A stretch of DNA of 64,000 nucleotides from the human T2T-CHM13v2.0 reference genome, Homo sapiens: assembly GCF_009914755.1 (NCBI RefSeq), contig NC_060929.1, one strand, 5' to 3'. Positions 14,281-27,890 of this stretch are shown here, in pieces; the stretch's first letter is position 1; every line of letters begins with the position of its first letter. The position numbers and the translations under genes are program-made. Below the pieces are notes generated by a model. The model had not been told where the DNA came from. It was given only the letters and a program-made list of their open reading frames with translations, and did not search any database.

Positions 14281-15024
14281 TAATAATATTTGAAACCATA
14301 TTAGAGCTTCTTTAAAGGCCTAACCCATCTCATGAGATCATATAATGTGATCTAAGATATAAGATCCTACTTAGCAACAGTGTCCAAGACTCATTTTTAT
14401 ACTAAGGCAGTTTCAGAATAACCATCACATTGTAAAAGAATAGTTAAAGCCAAAAAGTCATAGAAGTGACATTGTAAAACAAACAAACAAAAACAAAACC
14501 TAACTATGACCTTAGCAATTAGCCATCTTTAGTGGAAACCAGAAGCTATCTTACTTAACTGCTAGGTGGACATAAACTAACCCTTAATCTCTGAGTCTCA
14601 TGTACCCATACAAAAGAGACGAAAACAGTTATTTGTAGGGTTAGGGTTACATGAGATGATATTGGTCTGGCATTTAGCACTCTTCTCAGTCCATGGTAGT
14701 AACCATTACTATGATGAAGATGTGATTGCGGATTTCATTTTCCCGAGACTCAATAACTTCCCATATTCTTTGCCCACAATCCAAAAGCAAGTATAGTCAT
14801 GCTTTTTTGTTTGTTTTGTTTCATTGCTGATTTTTTTTTGGTCCAAAATAGTGGAAATTCTTGATTCATGCATTTAGGAAGTGTTTTTGAATCATGTGAA
14901 ACAAAACATCTGAGATAATACAAACATCTTACTATGAATACCTTGGTTTGGGTGCTCTATGGTTTATGGCTGGAAACGTTATTCCCATTCCAACTACTCA
15001 TTTGTTTCCATTTAAATGTCCAGA

Positions 15025-15222
15025 AAAGTGGCTCCCTACTTGTGCCTCAGAATAACCTATTGAGGTGTTTTAAAAATACAGAAGCTTGGACTCTACTTCA
15101 GAGGTCCTGAATCAGAGTCTTCTCTGATTCAGGTCTGATTCAGGTCAAGTGAAACTTGGACCTCTAGATTCTTTAAACCTTTATGAATAACTCTCGTGTA
15201 CAACCAGGGATGAGAATCATTG
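15025..15222. mobile_element. MER5A-like hAT MITE
   Basis: 'tcagaataacct...ttttaaaaatacaga...tgaatcagagtc...ggatgagaatcattg'. Confidence 0.6.
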
Positions 15223-16862
15223 ATATGTGACATTTTTTAAGTGTCCTTATAAGCTACCGAGAAATAATTTTGGACAGGACAGTAATATGGTCCTTAACTT
15301 AAACAGAGCTTAAAGTAACATTTTCAACTTTAACTCTTAAGCTTGGATAGAAATGAATTATTTAAGGAAATGTCCAATTTTTTAAAATGACCATCTTAGA
15401 AACAGTCATGTGGTCCCATACAATTATTTTTCTAATCTATCAAAATGGTTCTATTTTTCAGAATAGTGCTCCCAATTAATACTCCAATCTCCAATTCATG
15501 ATTAGGCCAAACAAATAACAATTTATATAAATATATTCCCCTTTATGTTACTTTTATCTCTTCTACTGTAATTCTGGCATTCACTGTGAACCTGGGATAA
15601 TAGTGTCAGTGAAATAACAATGGAGAATTTGAATTCAACTGAAATGGGTGTCAAATTTATCCTATTATCTAAGGTGTGTGCTGGAGCATCACTCTGAATA
15701 CAGGGCAGACTAAAGTGGCTCCTGTCTCAACTAAAAGCACTGCATTTTAACTCCCAGTTTCTATTCTTACATTATATATAGATTTTATAGCTAATTCTCC
15801 AAGCCTTGTTCTCACCTGCACAGAAAATGCTCTTTTCATTAAAATTAAAAGTTACATAAATTCCAACCAATTGCAAAGAATATTTTTATTTTGTGTAGTT
15901 TTTTTTAATGACAGTTCCAAGATTTTTTTAAAAAATAAAATGTTTTTACTAGAAATAGTACAAGCACTTCAACTTGAATGCACTTTCATAACCTTGGCTC
16001 AGAACTGAATTTTTTTTCCTTGGTAATTTTTACACTGATAGAAATCAGATTACAGGGTACTGATGGACTTCTTTTTCCTGTAATTATAGATAGGAGGGTC
16101 GTATACTTAATGTGTTCTAACTATGTAGTTCACAGATGCATTTTCATACTCTCAGTCACTACAGAATTGATTAGTCCCTAAGAAATCTTTTGGGCAAGAT
16201 TAATAATCTGTTGTGGAGGATGTGGGCATCATATCAGAACTGAGTCACTCAAACACACAGGCCTGCATAGAGACAATAAAAATGATGCAATTTTTATGAA
16301 ATTCTAATAACTTCAAATATTATTTCCACCAAGGTACCTTATTTGATTCTTCCCCTAAGATGAGGCAAAAAATGGAACACAAATAATGGAAAAAATAAAG
16401 CAAAAAGTTAGAGATTTTCTTTCAAAAAAAGCCCTAGGCATTTTACAGAAAATGAAAATCAACTGAAAAAAAATAGGAAAGCATTTAGAAAGTATATTTA
16501 ATACTTTTAAAATATTATAAAGTATTGTATATAATAAAGTGACATCATTTTATATGTGTACTAGTATCTCAGAGACTTGTATGATTTCTATTTAACTTAA
16601 TTGTCTTTCTCATATAGAAATGTAAAAAGTGACAATGTAAAAATGTAAGTAAAGTATAAAAATATTTAAAAGTAACTGTGTATCCTCTTCTGTATGGTAG
16701 AAGTTAAATTGTGGCTACATAATCTTATATATTGAAAGTTCAAAGTGATTTAAAAAAAACCCAACAACCTTTGGGCTTGCTTTCTTAGTTTCTTTACTCA
16801 TAGTGTGTGATTAACCAAGCCTTCTGGCCTGCATACAGTGTTGCTGTCTTCATTTACAGTTT

Positions 16863-16990
16863 ATGTACATTTATAGTATATGTATGTGTACTGTATATAT
16901 GCAGACTATATATATAGAGTATATGTATAGATACATACATATATACACCTATACTGTATATTTATACATATACATACATACATGTATATT
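16863..16990. repeat. Degenerate (TA/TG/CA) low-complexity repeat
   Basis: Read directly. Confidence 0.85.
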
Positions 16991-17036
16991 CTTGCTCTCA
17001 AGTCAAGACCATTTCTGCCACAATTTAAAAAATTTT

Positions 17037-17566
<530 letters not shown>

Positions 17567-18255
17567 AGAACACCACCATTCTTTTTTTGTGTACTTCAGT
17601 TTTTTGTTTATTTCTTTTTGAGCCTAGTAAGACATTCCTTTTGAAAAATGCATCTTGGCATTTGGATTTCTACATAGATGAATACTTATTCTTGAGCACA
17701 AAAGAATAAGAAAAGCACCTGACCAATATCTAATATAATTTGAGGAAATTCATATGTAACCCTTTCAAAGACAGGACAGTCACATGGTTCTTTCATGGAG
17801 TAATATCCCACTAAGTAGAAGTAATTAAAAATAAACTTCTTTCTTCTCATGATTTTTCACTTCAGCAACATTAATGAGATCCAAACAGCCTGTTGCTGTC
17901 CTTATTAATACCTGCTTTCTTTCCTGACCATTTTCTTCATACCTGCCATTGCTCTAACTCATGTCTCCTGATCTCCCACCTCCCCACCCCAGAAATAATA
18001 CTTCCTTCACAGCCCACTTGTCTTTTCTTTATTCCTTTTTCATTGCCTATCTCAGCTCTTTATTACAAAGATAATTCCTTTTTTTCTCATGTGGATATTT
18101 CTTTCTCTCTAGAAGTGAGGAGCAGGGCAGAAAAATCTCTGACCACAAAGGTCTTCCCTTTCGTGGGAGAAGGGTTGGCTATGCACACTCTCATATTAAC
18201 GTTATTGTGCCATCCCATATTATGTAGTTAAAGACAGTTCAAAAACGCTATTTAA

Positions 18256-18615
<360 letters not shown>

Positions 18616-19577
18616 CTATTTGCCCCATAATGACTTATAGAAAATTAACTGTATACTTATGTATACTTATGAGATTCTCTTTTCAACCTTCTTATAAGCT
18701 ACCCTCTTGTAATTTCAGTAACAACTTGATTATTTCTTGTTCCTTTCTGTGGAGGAAAGAAACAACTAGAGGTAATACAATGATGATATGAGGGGAAGAA
18801 GTATGCCTAGTGATTGCTGAAAGATGAGATTTCTGGCTCATGTGCCAGTAGTAACAACTTAGGGAAAAGGGTGGGATGTGTGCTGTTGTGGTAAAAGTAG
18901 AAAAAGGTCTGGTCACTGAATGAACAGTCAGAGCCTAGGAGCAAAAAAGAATATAAGTACCTAGAGATGTAAATTAAAGAAAAGCTGGGCATGAAAATAA
19001 AACAAGGAATAGGGCTCAGAATAGGAACTAGGTTGTAACTCCTCAAGTTCTTCTCTTTCTTTTAATTACATCAAACGAGAGGAAAGACTCCCCACCCCCA
19101 GCCCCCCATTTTTGGTAATCTAATAGAGATAGGAATTTTTCTCCCCCATCACCTTCACCCTTCTCATGCTCCAAGTAAAGCATTTTGCTTGCAGCCAGAA
19201 ATGGCAGATCTTAACTAATACAATTTTTAAACAGAAAGACTGGGTTCTGTGTAAGTTCTCCTTTCTGTTAACTTATATGGAAACTTGTTTTCATATGCTC
19301 CCAAACTGCACTAAATCAGTTGGAAATACCAAGCACAAGGGATACACTTCATAATCCTTCTAAATGACTGGCAAGAGAACTGTCCTGGAGAAGAATGCCC
19401 CTGCTAGCTCCTCCTTCCCTCTATCTCACTTCTATCATATTATCCATAGATTAGAGTGGCGAAGAGCAGAACACATCTCTGGTGAAAACTCTCATCAGAC
19501 AAAGAAACATGATAAAACCCAGTAAACAGGGATTTCCACATCAGTTTCTATCAGGAAAAAACAAATAAATGGCTCAC

Positions 19578-19720
19578 CTTTATATACAATGGCTCCCTAA
19601 GATGATCAACCAGAATACAAGCTTTTTCTTCCCACACAGGGTTGAGGTTCTTGTGTATTATCTTACTTCTAAAAACTTCTTTTCCTCCGATTTTAAACTT
19701 CACATATGGATCACTCGTCC
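19578..19720 (-). CDS. MCTP1: MCTP1 internal coding exon (143 nt; (G)TSDPYVKFKIGGKEVFRSKIIHKNLNPVWEEKACILVDHLREPLYIK, first C2 domain)
   Basis: Acceptor tatttaacAG|GG and donor AAG|GTGAGC. C2 motifs SDPYVK and KNLNPVW. Phase 1 to 0. Lies within ORF-track 19551..19781. Confidence 0.97.
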
Positions 19721-19969
19721 CTGTTAAATAGATAGATTGATCCATGTTAATCATGACTTGGTTTGGAAGCAAGAGAACCACTCTTTTGAAACAACAAAAA
19801 GTATTTAAAGGAAGAAAAGTTAAATGAAAATTATCTATGCAGAAATAAGAGTTAAGTGTTTTCTTATGAATTTTTTATTATATATTGAAGTGATAAATAA
19901 TAATAATTATTATTACTTCATCTTCTGATCTTAATCGTGTAACCTTGTCCTGGCAGTTAAAAACAGTCT

Positions 19970-20521
19970 ATTCCAGCAATCCCGCTAGTGGACATCTACC
20001 CAAAGGAAAAGAAATCATTTTATCAAAAAGATACCTGACTCAAATGTTTATCACAGCACTTTTCACAATAGCAAAGACATGGAATCAACAGACTATTGGG
20101 CTAAAATGTGATATATATATATATCAAATGCCATGATATATATATTCCATGGCATATATATACATATATATATACAAATATATATATACATATATATATA
20201 CAACTATATATATGCATATATATACAAATATATATATGCATATATATACAAATATAATATATGCATATATATACAAATATATATATGCATATATATACAA
20301 ATATATATATGCATATATATACAAATATATATATGCATATATATATACAAATATATATATGCATATATATACAAATATATATATGCATATATATACAAAT
20401 ATATATGCATATATATACAAATATATATGTGCATATATATACATATATATGAATATATATACAAATATATATATGCATATATATACAAATATATATATGC
20501 ATATATATACATGTATATATA

Positions 20522-20555
<34 letters not shown>

Positions 20556-20905
20556 ATGGAATACTACTCAGCCATAAGAAACAGATCATGTCTTTAGCAG
20601 CAACATGGATGGAACAGGAGGCCATTACTCTAAGTGAAATGACTCAGAGAAAGTAAGTAAAAAACTACATGTTCTCTTTTACAAGTGGGAGCTAAACAAT
20701 TGGTACACATGAAGACAAAGAATGGAAAAATAGACACTGGAGATTCCAAAAGGTAGGAGGATGGGAGAGGGGTGAAGAATGAAATACCATCTATTTGGTA
20801 CAATGTATACGACTTGGGTGATGGGTATTCTAAAAGCCCAGACTTTACCACTATGCAATACATCCATGTAACACAACTGCACTTGTATCCCTAAATCTAT
20901 TTTTT
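19970..20905 (+). mobile_element. L1 3'-end fragment (L1PB4-like) containing an expanded TA-rich VNTR
   Basis: 'ccagcaatccc...cccaaaggaaaagaaatca...atggaatactactcagccata...gcacttgtatccctaaatcta'. Confidence 0.85.
20111..20552. repeat. TA-rich VNTR with a ~22-bp unit ATATATATGCATATATATACAA
   Basis: Read directly. It is the source of the spurious Y/I-rich ORFs. Confidence 0.97.
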
Positions 20906-21788
20906 AAAACCACACTCTATTGCATGTTGAATGTGTAAATTTAATTAAAGTTATAAATCATAGAGATTAATCTGATCTTCCTCTTGATATCATCTGGTCA
21001 ACTATAAAAAGATGTTGAATAATCTTCACTGATTTAAATAGTTTTAACAGCATATATACGCTGCTAAAATTTTATACTAGTCTAATGGGCTTAGGAAAAG
21101 ATGCGTGTTAAAGTGGGCTTCATTTCATCCTTGGTCCCATATTTTTTCTTGCTCAGAAGTTTCAATTTTAGAATGTTAGGAAGGGGTGGAGGTCTCAGAG
21201 AAAGACATCAGGAGAAAGGGGAACACATGTTTAATAAGTGAATTGGATTCTTTGTATTATCCCTTGACACCTCCTAAACTCCCTATGATGATAAAGAAAA
21301 TCAAAGTTGATTCCCAGGCAAGATGGCCAAATAGGAACAGCTCCAGTCTGCAGCTTCCAGTGAGACCAATGCAGAAGGCGGGTGATTTCTGCATTTCCAA
21401 CTGAGGTACCTGGTACATCTCAGTGGGACTGGTTGGACAGTGGGTGCAGCCCACAGAGGGTGAGCAGAAGCAGGGTGGGGCATCACTGCCTCACCCAGGA
21501 AGTGCAAGGGTTCGGGGAACTCCTTCCCCTACCCAAGGAAAGCTGTGAGGGACCATGCCGTGAGGGACAGTGCTCTCTGGCCCAGATACTATGCTTTTCC
21601 CATGGTCTTCACAACCCACAGACCAGGAAATTCCCTTGGGTGCCTATGTCACAAGGCCTCTGGTTTCAAGCACAAAACTGGGCAGTCATTTGGGCAGACA
21701 CTGAGCTAGCTGTAGGAGTCTTTTTTCGTACCCCAGTGGTACCTGGAATGCCAGTGAAACAGAACTGTTCACTCCCCTGGTAAGGGGG

Positions 21789-21944
21789 CTAAAGCCAGGT
21801 TGCCGAGTGGTCTTGCTCAGTGGATCCTACCCCCATGGAGCCCAGAAAGCTAAGATCCACTGGCTTGAAATTCTCATTGCTAGCATAGCAGTCTGAAGTC
21901 GACCTGGGAGGCTTGAGCTTGGTAGGGAGAGGGGCGTCTGCCAT
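21789..21944 (-). other. L1 antisense ORF0-like reading frame (51 aa, MADAPLPTKLKPPRSTSDCYASNE...SMGVGSTEQ)
   Basis: ATG at 21944 in strong Kozak context GTAATGG. Resembles L1Hs ORF0 (MAGAPPPASLPPCSLISDCCASNQRDSVGVGPSEP, from memory). Confidence 0.7.
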
Positions 21945-22647
21945 TACTGAGGCTTGAGTAGGCAGTTTTCCCCTCACAGTATAAACAAAGCTGCAGAAAG
22001 TTCAGACAGGGCAGAGCCTACTGCAGCTCAGCAAAGCCACTGTAGCCAGACTGCCTCTCTACATTCCTCCTCTCTGGGCAGAGCATCTCTGGAAGAAAAG
22101 CAGCAGCCACAATCAGGAGTTTATAGATAAAACTCCCTTCTCCCTGGGACAGAGCACCTGGGGGAAGGGGTAGCTGTGGGTACAGCATCAGCAGACTTAA
22201 AAGTTCCTGCCTGCCAGCTCTGAAGAGAGCAGCAGATCTCCCAGCACAGACCTTAAGCTCTGCTAAGGGACAGTATGCCTCCTCAAGTGGGTCCCTGACT
22301 CCCATGCTTCCTGACAGGGAGACACCTCCCAGCAGGGGTCGACAGACACCTCACACAGGAGAGTTCTGGCTGGTATCTGGTGGGTGCCCCTCTGGGATGA
22401 AGCTTCCAGAGGAAGGAGCAGGCAGCAATCTTTGCTGTTCTGCAGCCTCTGCTGGTGATACCCAGGCAAACAGTCTGGAGCTGACCCCAGCAAATTCCAG
22501 TTGAACTGCAGAAGAGGGACCTGACTGTTAGAAGAAAACTAACAAACAGAAAGGAATAGCCATCAACATCAACAAAAAGGATGACCGTGGAAAACTCCAT
22601 CCAAAGGTCACCAACAGCAAAGACCAAAGGTAGATGAATCCACAAAG

Positions 22648-23672
22648 ATGAGGAAAAAAACAGCGCAAAAAGGCTGAAAATTCCAAAAACCAGAATGCCT
22701 CTTCTCCTCCAAAGGATCACAACTCCTTGCCAGCAAGGGAACAAAACTGGATGGTGAATGAGTTTGATGAATTGACAGAAGTAGGCTTCAGAAGGTAGAT
22801 AATAACAAACTTCTCAGAGCTAAAGGAGCATGTGGTAACCCAATGCAAGGAGGCTAAAAGCCTTTATAAAAGGTTAGAGGAACTACTAAATAGAATAACC
22901 AGTTCAGAGAAGAACATAAATGACCTGATGGAGCTGAAAAACACAGCATGAGAACTTCGTGAAGCATACACAAATATCAATAGCCAAACTGATCAAGTGG
23001 AAGAAAGGATATCAGAGATTGAAGATCAACTTAATGAAATAAAGTGTAAAGACAAGATTACAAAAAAAAAGAATGAAAAGGAATGAACAAAGCCTCCAAG
23101 AAATATGGGACTCTGTAAAGAGACCAAACCTACGTTTGATTGGTGTACCTGAAAGTGAAGGGGAGAATGGAACCAAGTTGAAAAATACACTTCAGGATAT
23201 CCAGGAGAACTTCCCCAACCTAGCAAGACAGGCCAACATTCAAATTCAGGAAATACAGAAAACACCACAAAGATACTCCTCAAGAAGAGCCATCCCAAGA
23301 CACATAATCGTCAGATTCACCAAGGTTGAAATGAAAGATGAAATGTTAAGGGCAGCCAGAGAGAAAGGTCTGGCTACCCACAAAGGGAAGCCCATCAGAC
23401 TAACAGCAGATCTCTCTGCAGAAATTCTACAAGCCAGAAGAGACTGGGGGCCAATATTCAACATTCTTAAAGAAAGGAATTTCCAACTCAGAATTTCATA
23501 TCCAGCCAAATTAAGCTTCATAAGTGAAGGAGAAATAAAATCCTTTACAGACAAGCAAATGCTGAGAGATTTTGTCACCACCAAGCCTGCCTTACAAGAG
23601 CTCCTGAAAGAAGTGCTAAATATGGAAAGGAAAAACTGGTACCATCCTCCACAAAAACAAACCGAGATGTAA
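22648..23672 (+). pseudogene. L1 ORF1p, disrupted
   Basis: ORF-track 23073..23672 (SLQEIWD.VKRPNLRLIGVPE...YPAKLSF...ALQELLKE). The N-terminal part has stops and frameshifts. Confidence 0.92.
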
Positions 23673-23735
23673 AGACCATTGACAATATGAAGAAACTGCA
23701 TCAACTAATGGGCGAAATAACCAGCTAGCATCAAA

Positions 23736-26700
23736 ATGACAGGATCAAATTCACACATAATAATATTTACCTTAAATGTAAATGGGCTAAATGCCCCAAT
23801 TAAAAGGCACAGACTAGTAAATTGGATAAAGAGTCAAGACCCAATGGTGTATTCAGGAGACCCATCTCACATGCAAAGACATGCACAGGCTCAAAACAAA
23901 GGGATGGAGGAAGATTTACCAAGAAAATGGAAAGAAAAAAAAGAAAAAGCAGGGGTTGCAATCCTAGCCCCTGATAAAACAGATTTTACACCAATGAAGA
24001 TTAAAAAAAAAGAGAAAGAAGGGAATTACCTAATGGCAAAGGGATCAATGCAACAAGAAGAGCTAACTATCCTCAATATATATGCACCCAATACAAGAGC
24101 ACCCAGATTCATAAAGTAAGTTCTTAGAGACCTACAAAGAGACTTAGACTCCCACACAATAATAGTGGGAGACTTTAACACCCCACTGTCTATATTAGAC
24201 AGATCAACAAGACAGAAAATTAACAAGGATATTCAGGACTTGAACTCAGCTCTGGACTAAGTGGACCTAATAGACATCTACAGAATTCTCCACCCCAGAT
24301 CAATAGAATATACATTCTTCTCAGCACCACATTACACTTATTCTAAAATCGACCACATAATTGGAAGTAAAACTGCTCAGCTAATGCAAAAGAACAGAAA
24401 TTATAACAAACAGTCTCTCAGACCACAGTGCAATCAAATTAGAACTCAGGATTAAGAAACTCACTCAAAACTGCACAACTACATGAAAACTGAACAACCT
24501 GCTCCTGAATGACAAATGAGTAAATAACAAAATTAGGGCAGAAATAAATAAGTTCTTTGAAACCAATGAGAACAAAGACACAACATACCAGAACCTTTGG
24601 GACACAGCTAAAGCAGTGTGTAGAGGGAAATTTATAGTACTAAATGCCCACAAGAGAAAGCAGGAAAAATCTAAAATTGACACCCTAACATCACAATTAA
24701 GAGAACTAGAGAAGCAAGAGCAAACAAATTCAAAAGCTAGCAGAAGACAAGAAATAACTAAGATCAGAGCAGAACTGAAGGAGATAGAGACATGAAAAAC
24801 CCTTAAAAAAATCAATGAATCCAGGACCTGGTTTTTGAAAAGATTAACAAAACAGATAGACTGCTAGCCAGGATAATAAAGAAGAAAAGAGAGAAGAATC
24901 AAATAGACGCAATAAAAAATGATAAAGGCAGTATCACCACTGATATCCCACAGAAATAGAAACTACCATCAGAGAATACTATAAACACCTCTACACAAAT
25001 AAACTAGAAAATCTAGAAGAAATGGATAAATTCCTGGACACATACACCCTCCCAAGACTAAACCAGGAGGAAGTTGAATCCCTGAATAGACCAATAACAA
25101 GTTCTGAAATTGAGGCAGTAATTAGTAGCCTACCAACCAAAAAAACCCATGACCAGATGGATTCACAGCTGAATTCTACCAGAGGTACAAAGAGGAGCTG
25201 GTAACCATTCCTTCTAAAACTATTCCAAACAATAGGAAAAGAGGGATTCCTCCCCAATTCATTTTATGAGGCCAGCATCATCCTGATACCAAAACCTGGC
25301 AGAGACACAACAAAAAAAGGAAATGTCAGGCCAATCTCCCTGATGAACATTGATGTGAAAATCCTCAATAAAATACTGGCAAACCGAATCCAGCAGCACA
25401 TTAAAAAGCTTATCCACCACAATCAAGTCGGCTTCATCCCTGGGATGCAAGGCTGGTTCAACATATGCAAATCAATAAATGTAATCCATCACATAAACAG
25501 AACCATTGAAAAAAACTACATGATTATCTCAATAGATGCAGAAAAGGCCTTCAATAAAATCCAACACCCTTTCATGCTAAAAACACTCAATAAACCAGGT
25601 ATTGATGGAATGTATCTCAAAATAATAAGAGATATTTATGAGAAACCCACAGCCAATATCATACTGAATGGGCAAAAGTTGGAAGCATTTTATTTGAAAA
25701 CAAGCACAAGACAAGGATGCCCTCTCTCACCACTCCTATTCAATATAGTATTGAAAGTTCCGGCCAGGGCAATTAGGCAAGAGAGAGAAATAAAGGTATT
25801 CAAATAGGAAAAGAGGAAGTCAAATTATCTCTGTTTGCAGATGAGATGATTGCATATTTAGAAAACCCCGTTGTCTCAGCCCAAAACTCCTTAAGCTGAT
25901 ATGCAACTTCAGCAAAGTCTCAGGATACAAAGTCAATGTGCAAAAATCACAAGCATTCCTATACACCAGTAACAGACAAACAGAGAGCCAAATCATGAGT
26001 GAACTCCCATTAACAATTGCTACAAAGAGAATACAATACCTAGGAATACAATTTAAAAGAGATGTGAAGGGTGTCTTCAAAGAGAACTACAAACCACTGC
26101 TCAAGGAAATAAGAGAGGTCACAAACAAATGGAAAAACATTCCATGCTCATGAATAGGAAGAATCAATATCGTGAAAATGGCCATACTGCCCAAAGTAAT
26201 TTATAGATTCAATGCTATTCCCACCAAGTTACCATTGACTTTCTTCAGAGAATTAGAAAAAACTACTTTAAATTTTATATGGAACCAAAAAAGAGCCTGT
26301 GTAGCCAAGACAATCCTAAGCAAAAATAACAATGCTGGATGCATCATGCTACCTGACTTCAAGCTACACTACAAGGCTACAGTAACCAAAACAGCATGGT
26401 ACTGATACCAAAACAGACATATAGACCAATGGAACAGAACAGAGGCCTCAGAAATAACACCACACATCTACAACCATCTGATCCTTGAGAAACCTGACAA
26501 AAACAAGCAATGGGGAAAGGATACCCTATTTAATACATGGTGTTGGGAAAACTGGCTAGCCATATGAAGAAAACTGAAACTGGACCCCTTCCTTACACAT
26601 TATACAAAAATTAACTCAGGATGGATGAAAGATTTAAACGTAAGACCTAAAATTATAAAAACCCTAGAAGAAAACCTAGGCAATACCATTCAAGACATAG

Positions 26701-27564
26701 GCATGGGCAAAGACTTCATGACTAAAACACCAAAAGCAATGTCAACAAAAGCCAAAATTGACAAATGAGATCTAATTAAATTAAGGAGCCTCTGCACAGC
26801 AAAAGAAACTATCATCAGAGTGAACAGGCAACCTACAGAATGGGAGAAAATTTTTGCAATCTATCCATCTGACAAAGGGCTAATATCCAGAATCTACAAG
26901 GAACTTAAACAAATTTAAGAGAAAAAAACAACCCCATCAAAAAGTGGGCAAAGGATATGAACAGATACTTTTCAAAAGAAGACATTGACGTGGCCAAGAA
27001 ACATATGAAAAAAAGCTCATCATCACTGGTCATTAGAGAAATGTAATACAAATTAAAACCCCAATGACACACCATGTCACGACCGTTAGAATGGCAATCA
27101 TTAAAAAGTCAGGAAACAACAGATGCTGGAGAGGATGTGGAGAAATAAGAATGCTTTTACACTGTTGGTGGGAGTGTAAATTAGTTCAACCACAGGGGAA
27201 GACTGTGTGGCAATTCCTCAAGAATCTAGAACTAGAAATACCATTTGATCCAGCAATCCTATTACTGGGTATATACCCAAAGGATTATAAATCATTCTAC
27301 TATAAAGACACATGCACACGTATGTTTACTGTGGCACTCTTCATGGTAGCAAAGACTTAGAACCAACCCAAATGTCCATCAATGATAGACTGGATAAAGA
27401 AAATGTGGCAGATATACACAATGGAATACTATGCAGTCATAAAAAAGAATGAGTTCATGTCCTTTGTAGGGACATGGAAGAAGCTGGAAACCATCATTCT
27501 CAGCAAGCTAACACAGGAACAGAAAACCAAATAGTGCATGTTCTCACTCATAAGTGGGAGTTGA
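23736..27564 (+). pseudogene. L1 ORF2p (endonuclease / reverse transcriptase), fragmented
   Basis: MTGSNSHI..TLNVNGLN start; RT fragments ([32 protein letters not shown]); C-terminal HCWWECKLVQP. Many stops and frameshifts. Confidence 0.93.
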
Positions 27565-27791
27565 ACAATGAGAACATATGGGCACAGGGAAGGGAACATC
27601 ACACACTGGGGGCTGTTGGGGGGTGGGGGACAAGGGGAGGGATAGCATTAGGAGAAACAGCTAATGTAGATGACAGGTTGATGGGTGCAGCAAACCACCC
27701 TATGTTACCTATGTAACAAATCTGCACGTTCTGAACATGTATCCCAGAGCTTAAAGTATAATTTAAAAAAAAAGAAAGAAAATCAGAGTTG

Positions 27792-27890
27792 TCCAGTAAG
27801 TTGTTCATGGATACAAAGCTAGCAAGAGATGGAGTTAGGATTCCAACCAAGGCTATTTGACTCTAATGCCTGCACTATTTCTACTACACC
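27792..27890. mobile_element. MIR remnant (continuation of the element split by the L1)
   Basis: 'agtaagttgttcatggatacaaagctagcaagagatggagttaggattccaaccaagg...gactctaatgcctgcac' matches the MIR core. Confidence 0.6.

Larger units (their letters stand above)
21310..27774 (+). mobile_element. Full-length LINE-1 (L1PA7-like, about 6.46 kb), antisense to MCTP1, inserted into a MIR
   Basis: 5'UTR 'caagatggccaaataggaacagctcc', ORF1 and ORF2 remnants, 3'UTR and A-tail. 17-bp TSD aaagaaaatcaaagttg (21293-21309) / aaagaaaatcagagttg (27775-27791). Confidence 0.96.

Noticed and set aside
15123-15146. 11-bp tandem duplication (tctgattcagg x2); a similar 10-bp duplication at about 18651-18671
   Set aside because: Ordinary slippage duplications with no further structure.
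19551-19781. The 76-aa ORF-track entry as a stand-alone gene
   Set aside because: Only 19578-19720 is exon. The flanking codons are intronic read-through past the canonical splice sites.
20101-20625. Long 100-170 aa ORFs, or a CRISPR-like repeat array
   Set aside because: The units are contiguous with no unique spacers and no cas genes, in eukaryotic DNA. The ORFs are open only because the TA-rich repeat lacks stops.
21310-27774. Retrotransposition-competent L1
   Set aside because: ORF1 and ORF2 both carry multiple stops and frameshifts, the TSD has diverged, and CpGs are depleted.
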